Part shown: piece by piece, positions 59,191 to 64,000 of the stretch
Layout of the letters: the number at the start of each line of letters is the position of its first letter
How positions within the stretch are numbered: the first letter of the stretch is position 1
Assembly: GCA_017471465.1 (NCBI GenBank)
Contig: JAFUTI010000017.1
Span: 7,996-71,995 of the forward strand
Length of the DNA: 64,000 nucleotides
From: Prevotella sp.
GTDB taxonomy: Bacteria; Bacteroidota; Bacteroidia; Bacteroidales; Bacteroidaceae
Reading direction: 5' to 3'
Position numbers and translations under genes: made by a program
The notes under the pieces: generated by a model
What the model saw: only the letters and a program-made list of their open reading frames with translations
Database searches by the model: none
What the model was told of the DNA's origin: nothing

Positions 59191-60939
59191 ATGAAACACT
59201 ATTTCCTTACCTTGCTCCTGCTGCTGGCAGGGCTGATGCCTGCGAAGGCTGACAATATCACGGTGAACGGGCAGCAACGTTCCTACAATGTCTACGCGCC
59301 AAAGAACTTGGGCGAAAACCGGCCTCTGCTCATCTTCTGTCATGGCTATAATCAGGATGCCAACTGGATTCAGAACTCTGAGTTTAAGAATGAAAACGTC
59401 AGTATGGAGGCCGTCTGCGACACGGCAAAGTTCGTTGTCGTCTTTCCTAATGGTATCGACCGGGCCTGGGACATCGGTGGCGACCGAGACATCAACTTCG
59501 TCAAGGCCATCATAGAGAAAATGGCTTCGCAATACAATATTGACCGTAACCGAATCTATATGGGTGGCTTCTCCATGGGTGGCATGCTGACATATAACGC
59601 CATCAACAAGATGGCCGACATCATTGCTGCCTTTGTCTCTTGTAGCGGTCCGTCGGTCGTGACGCCCAATTCCAAGACACGCCCGGTGCCTATCCTTCAT
59701 ATTCAGGGAACGGCAGACAACTTCGGAAGCGTGCAGCCGGCGCTGAACCCGTGGATACAGCATAACGGATGCTCTACGACCGCAAAGGTAATCAGTAACT
59801 ATAATGGTTTCAGTGGCGCTAAGTTGCACATCTGGGGACCCGGAAAAGATGGCGTCGAAGTGCGGCTCATAGAACTCAAGGACAAAGGTCACTGGATAAC
59901 CAAGGAACCCCAAGTGTATACAGGCAAGGAAATATGGAACTTCTGTAGCCGCTACTCGCTGAATAAGACGAAGCCCAGCGTGACTATCACTTCGCCGAAG
60001 GCGGGGCTTATCTATAACAGCTTTGCGCCGCAAGGCACAGCTACCTTTCCCGATATCACGATTACCGCTAATGCCGACGATCCGAACGGCACGGTCAGTA
60101 AGGTGCAGTTTTACGATGGCAGTACCCTGTTGGCTACCTGTACGTCAAAGCCCTATAAGGCCACATTGACGGGTGCCAAGTCGGGTACTCATACACTGAA
60201 GGTGGTGGCTACCGACAACGACGGCGAGACGGCATCAGTCACTACCAGCGTGACGCTGACGGCATCACAGACGCTGAGCCTGTCGCAGAGGTTCACAGAG
60301 AATGCCTGTACTCCTGCTGGTTGGATCAGCTACGACGGTTCTGAGAAGCGTATCGGTTACGTCGGTGGTCACGGCAATGGTAGCCGTGTGATGCAGCTGA
60401 CGGGCAGCCCACGTGCCTTCAACTACGGGTACTATTTCCGCAATATCAACGGTAACAGGCATGATGGCTGGATTAAATACGGTTTGCCGGAGTCCAGTGC
60501 CACACTCAGTCTCGCTCCCGGTCATTATGTACTGAAGTTCAAGGCCTGCAACTGGAATATGGAAAGTTTCGGAGAACTGGAATTCGCTGTTGAGAAGGCT
60601 GCTGGCAGTCAGGCTGTTGCCAGCACCACCTATAAGCCGACCGCCAATATCGGTAATAATGCCGGCAACGGCTTCAGCGGCGTCACCCAGCAGACGTTCC
60701 AGTTCGACGTCACTGAGCAGGGCAACTACGTCCTGGCAGTCTATTCCGCAGCCTCGGGCTGGAGCGATGGTATGGTGGGTGAACTTATCCTCAGTGCCAA
60801 CGGCTACGAAACAACGGGCGTCAAGACGACAAGTCGCGCAGAAACACCAACTGCTCTTTACGACTTGCAAGGACACCGTCTGGCACAAGCCCCGCGAAAG
60901 GGCATCTATATCCAGAATGGTCAAAAAATCGTGAAATGA
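59191..60939 (+). CDS. Secreted alpha/beta-hydrolase esterase (PHB-depolymerase/CE1-like) with Ig-like domain, unnamed module and T9SS-type tail
   Basis: PLLIFCHG, VVVFPNG, IDRNRIYMGGFSMGG, HIQGTAD and GHW; PSVTITSP..ADDPNGTVSKVQFY (Ig-like). Confidence 0.85.
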   Translation: MKHYFLTLLLLLAGLMPAKADNITVNGQQRSYNVYAPKNLGENRPLLIFCHGYNQDANWIQNSEFKNENVSMEAVCDTAKFVVVFPNGIDRAWDIGGDRDINFVKAIIEKMASQYNIDRNRIYMGGFSMGGMLTYNAINKMADIIAAFVSCSGPSVVTPNSKTRPVPILHIQGTADNFGSVQPALNPWIQHNGCSTTAKVISNYNGFSGAKLHIWGPGKDGVEVRLIELKDKGHWITKEPQVYTGKEIWNFCSRYSLNKTKPSVTITSPKAGLIYNSFAPQGTATFPDITITANADDPNGTVSKVQFYDGSTLLATCTSKPYKATLTGAKSGTHTLKVVATDNDGETASVTTSVTLTASQTLSLSQRFTENACTPAGWISYDGSEKRIGYVGGHGNGSRVMQLTGSPRAFNYGYYFRNINGNRHDGWIKYGLPESSATLSLAPGHYVLKFKACNWNMESFGELEFAVEKAAGSQAVASTTYKPTANIGNNAGNGFSGVTQQTFQFDVTEQGNYVLAVYSAASGWSDGMVGELILSANGYETTGVKTTSRAETPTALYDLQGHRLAQAPRKGIYIQNGQKIVK

Positions 60940-62885
60940 ATAAGAAAGCACTCATTGCTCTTGTCACTTGTTGCCTGCTTGCCCCTAAGGGTATGCAGGC
61001 GCAACTGTCTACCAACCCCGACAAGTTCCTTGGTAACATCACCACCGACTGGCCCGGTAGTATGAACTATGATGGTTTCATTTATTCCGACTATTGGAAT
61101 CAGGTGACACCCGAAAATGGTACTAAGTGGAGCACCGTCGAGGGCAACCGGAACTCCTACTATTGGGGAGGCGCCGATCCGGCTTTTAACTACGCTAAGC
61201 AAAAAGGTTTTCCGTTTAAGTTCCACTGTCTGATATGGGGTTCGCAGTATCCTGGATGGCTGAAGAACCTCTCGGCTGCCGATAAGTACAAGGCGGTGGT
61301 GAAGTGGATGGATACCGTCAAGAAGAAGTACCCCAATCTTGAGCTGATAGATGTGGTCAACGAGGCCGTGGAGGGACATCAGCCCGATACCTACGTCATG
61401 CGCGAAGCCTTGGGAGGCAACGGCAAGACGGGCTACGACTGGATTATCAAGGCGTTCGAGATGGCGCACGAACGCTGGCCTCATGCTATCCTCATCTATA
61501 ACGACTTCAATACATTCCGTCATAATACTGACCAGTTTATCGAATTGGTACGCACGTTGCGCGATGCCGGTGCGCCTATCGATGCATACGGCTGTCAGAG
61601 CCATGACCTCGGAGGCATGAATCAGGCAGATTTCAGAACGGTGATGACGAAGATACAGAATGCGCTGAAGATGCCGATGTATATTACGGAGTATGATATC
61701 GGCGATACCAACGACGGCAACCAGAACTGGAACTATCAGCAGCATTTCCCCGTTATGTGGGAGGCTGACTATTGTGCCGGCGTTACGCTGTGGGGATGGT
61801 TCTATGGCAAGACATGGATTAACGGTAATAATCCCAATGAGAAAGGCATATCGGGCTTGATAAAGGACAAGCAGGAACGCTCGGCCTTGAAGTGGCTCCG
61901 CACGTATATGCAGTCTGACAAGGCCAAGCAGGCCAAGAGTCCTTTCCCAGGTATGAAGAAGGAAGCCTCCGTCTACGTGAAGCCGCAGGCCCTGTTGGTT
62001 AATACGAATAAGGAGATGACCGTCGACGTGACCGCCAAGATGCGTACCAAGAGCGTGCAGAGCGTGGCTCTCTACGTCAACAACGTGCTCTATCAGACGC
62101 TGACGGAAGCTCCCTATACCTTTACTTATACACCAACGAAAGCGGCAAAGTTCAACTTGAAGGCTGTGGTCACCACTACCGACAACACGAAGTACGAGCG
62201 TCTGTCTGCCTTCACCGCTACCAACAATTACATTCCGCAGGAGGGCGACGTGCTGACGGTGACAGGCCGCTTGACCAGCATCTCTGCTGGCAAGACCTTT
62301 GCCATTGTCAACGAAGCCGAGGGCAAGGCTTTGTATGGTATCAACGACCAGCACTTAGGCTACGATACCTACGATAAGGCTTTTGCTGAGTCGAACAGCG
62401 GCTATCTCTTCAAGGCGGTCAACAGTTCGGTCTCTGGCAAGTACCTGCTCCGACTGATGACACCTCAGAATGGAGAGTACAACATCTGGGGAAATCCTGG
62501 CTATCTGAACTCGCAGCTCGTCTCTGGCGATTGTTGCTTTATCCTGGGCAATACCCAGCACAGCAATGGTCAGGATATTGACAATGGTGCTGTCTGGGAA
62601 ATCAAGTACGTCTCTGGCAAGGGCTTCTCGCTGAAGAATGTCGGCACGGGCAAGTATCTCAAGACCAACGATACCGCCAAGTACGACGACCCCACATACT
62701 TCACCTTCGCCACGCTGGGCTATCAGCCGACAGGCATTGTCGAGACGCCACTGCCAGCCATCGTCAATGGCAACAGCTCGGCTGTCTACAACCTGCACGG
62801 TATGAAGGTCGGCACACTGTCACAGTGGCAGCTGTTGCCTCGTGGCTTGTATATCATCAACGGAAAGAAGATTCAGAAACGATAA
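60936..62885 (+). CDS. GH10 endo-1,4-beta-xylanase with Ig-like domain and T9SS-type tail
   Basis: QVTPENGTKW, FHCLIWGSQ, DVVNEA, IYNDFN, GCQSH, YITEYD and TLWG. Confidence 0.93.
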   Translation: MNKKALIALVTCCLLAPKGMQAQLSTNPDKFLGNITTDWPGSMNYDGFIYSDYWNQVTPENGTKWSTVEGNRNSYYWGGADPAFNYAKQKGFPFKFHCLIWGSQYPGWLKNLSAADKYKAVVKWMDTVKKKYPNLELIDVVNEAVEGHQPDTYVMREALGGNGKTGYDWIIKAFEMAHERWPHAILIYNDFNTFRHNTDQFIELVRTLRDAGAPIDAYGCQSHDLGGMNQADFRTVMTKIQNALKMPMYITEYDIGDTNDGNQNWNYQQHFPVMWEADYCAGVTLWGWFYGKTWINGNNPNEKGISGLIKDKQERSALKWLRTYMQSDKAKQAKSPFPGMKKEASVYVKPQALLVNTNKEMTVDVTAKMRTKSVQSVALYVNNVLYQTLTEAPYTFTYTPTKAAKFNLKAVVTTTDNTKYERLSAFTATNNYIPQEGDVLTVTGRLTSISAGKTFAIVNEAEGKALYGINDQHLGYDTYDKAFAESNSGYLFKAVNSSVSGKYLLRLMTPQNGEYNIWGNPGYLNSQLVSGDCCFILGNTQHSNGQDIDNGAVWEIKYVSGKGFSLKNVGTGKYLKTNDTAKYDDPTYFTFATLGYQPTGIVETPLPAIVNGNSSAVYNLHGMKVGTLSQWQLLPRGLYIINGKKIQKR

Positions 62886-62890
62886 TCGAT

Positions 62891-64000
62891 ATGATGCATA
62901 GATGGGTTCTAAGATACTATTTCTTGATTGCCATGACTGTCAGTTTGGCTACTGTCATGGCCCAGGGCGTGAAACCGCTGCCGAGCCTTCATGTCGAAGG
63001 GCGGTGGCTGGTTGATACGCATGGTAACCACGTCGTACTCCACGGCGTGATGGACACACCGAGTGCGTGGTTCAATGGCGGTCGGTGGGGCTGGAGCTAC
63101 GACGATGCCGGTCGCCAGCGATGCCTGAACTATTTCGAGAAACTCTTTACGGGTTTTGAAAAGGCTAACTGTACGGTGTTCCGTCTGCACCTGGAACCAG
63201 CTTGGACGAATGACAACAGCTATACCTATGTCCATGGTAAGGACCAGCCGGCAAGCGAAGCCCAGGGCGAGGCCGATATCAGGCATTTCAATCCTAACCG
63301 TCTGAAGACCTACCTTGGCTCGCTCTACTTCCCGCTGATGCAGAAGGCAATGAACCACCGTCAGTATGTCGTGGTGCGCCCGCCGGGTGTATGTCCTCAT
63401 AATCTGAAGGTGGGCGACTACTACCAGAAGTATCTTTTAGACGTCTGGGACATCGTCAGTCAGAATGCTAATATCAAGAAGTATGCCGGCCAGATAAGCT
63501 TGGAGTTGGCCAATGAGCCTGTCAACTTGAGGAATGCCAACAACCAGGACGATGCCAAGGCTTTGCACGACTACTTCCAACCCATCGTCGATAAGATTCG
63601 TGCCAATGGCTTCACGGGTATCATCTGGATTCCCGGTACGGGCTACCAGTCTAACTATCGCAGCTATGCCTCTTGGCCCATCCAGGGCTATAACATTGGC
63701 TATGCTGTGCATGACTACCCCGGCTGGTATGATAATTCCAGCGACGATAACCCTAATCCAACCCACAAGATCAATGCCTTCCATGAGGCTGTCCCCGTCG
63801 TTGACACCAATCCTGTCTTCATCACCGAAGTAGACTGGAGTCCGCTGAAGGAACCCAAGACGCCTAAGACAAACCCGGATGGCTCCATCCAGTATAACGA
63901 GATGGGACAGGTCGTGTATCAGAATCTTGGCACGTGGGCTACGGCTTCCACGTCGAAATGGGGTAAGGCCTTCAAGGCTGTGCTCGACAAGTTTGGCAAC
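62891..64000 (+). CDS. GH5 glycoside hydrolase (possibly a xylanase-type subfamily), 3'-truncated; absent from the ORF track
   Basis: Manual translation MMHRWVLRYYFLIAMTVSLATVMAQGVKPLPSLHVEGRWLVDTHGNHVVLHGVMDTPS.., then FRLHLEP, LELANEPV (acid/base), AVHDYPGWY and FITEVDW (nucleophile). It runs off the window end. Confidence 0.85.
   Translation, partial: MMHRWVLRYYFLIAMTVSLATVMAQGVKPLPSLHVEGRWLVDTHGNHVVLHGVMDTPSAWFNGGRWGWSYDDAGRQRCLNYFEKLFTGFEKANCTVFRLHLEPAWTNDNSYTYVHGKDQPASEAQGEADIRHFNPNRLKTYLGSLYFPLMQKAMNHRQYVVVRPPGVCPHNLKVGDYYQKYLLDVWDIVSQNANIKKYAGQISLELANEPVNLRNANNQDDAKALHDYFQPIVDKIRANGFTGIIWIPGTGYQSNYRSYASWPIQGYNIGYAVHDYPGWYDNSSDDNPNPTHKINAFHEAVPVVDTNPVFITEVDWSPLKEPKTPKTNPDGSIQYNEMGQVVYQNLGTWATASTSKWGKAFKAVLDKFGN

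Overview
This is a gene-dense Bacteroidota window, most likely Prevotellaceae of the rumen Prevotella/Xylanibacter type (TAnnTTTG promoters, no Shine-Dalgarno motifs, Prevotella-style T9SS C-terminal tails). Almost all of it is one large xylan/arabinoxylan utilisation region. In order: a fasciclin-SusC-SusD-fasciclin-fasciclin-SusC-SusD cluster, a hybrid two-component regulator (HTCS), two large secreted proteins with no recognisable catalytic domain, GH98, GH97, four GH43 genes, GH51, GH127/146, GH95, GH10-CE1, CE6-CE1, further esterases, GH30, a CotH-family protein, GH10 and a partial GH5. Four things stand out beyond the gene list. (1) A 7-14-7 direct-repeat operator occurs nine times, eight times exactly 30 nt upstream of the -7 promoter box, defining a probable HTCS regulon. 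(2) One copy drives an ORF-poor ~170-nt promoter-to-terminator unit, a candidate sRNA with 14-nt complementarity to the HTCS translation-initiation region, suggesting a feedback loop. (3) Two unnamed ~140-165 aa modules are shuffled among different secreted proteins and are candidate new CBM families. (4) Palindromic repeat elements sit in frame inside GH97 and GH43 genes, and a MITE-like element lies at 34.3-34.7 kb. All family assignments come from motif recognition by eye, without database searches.
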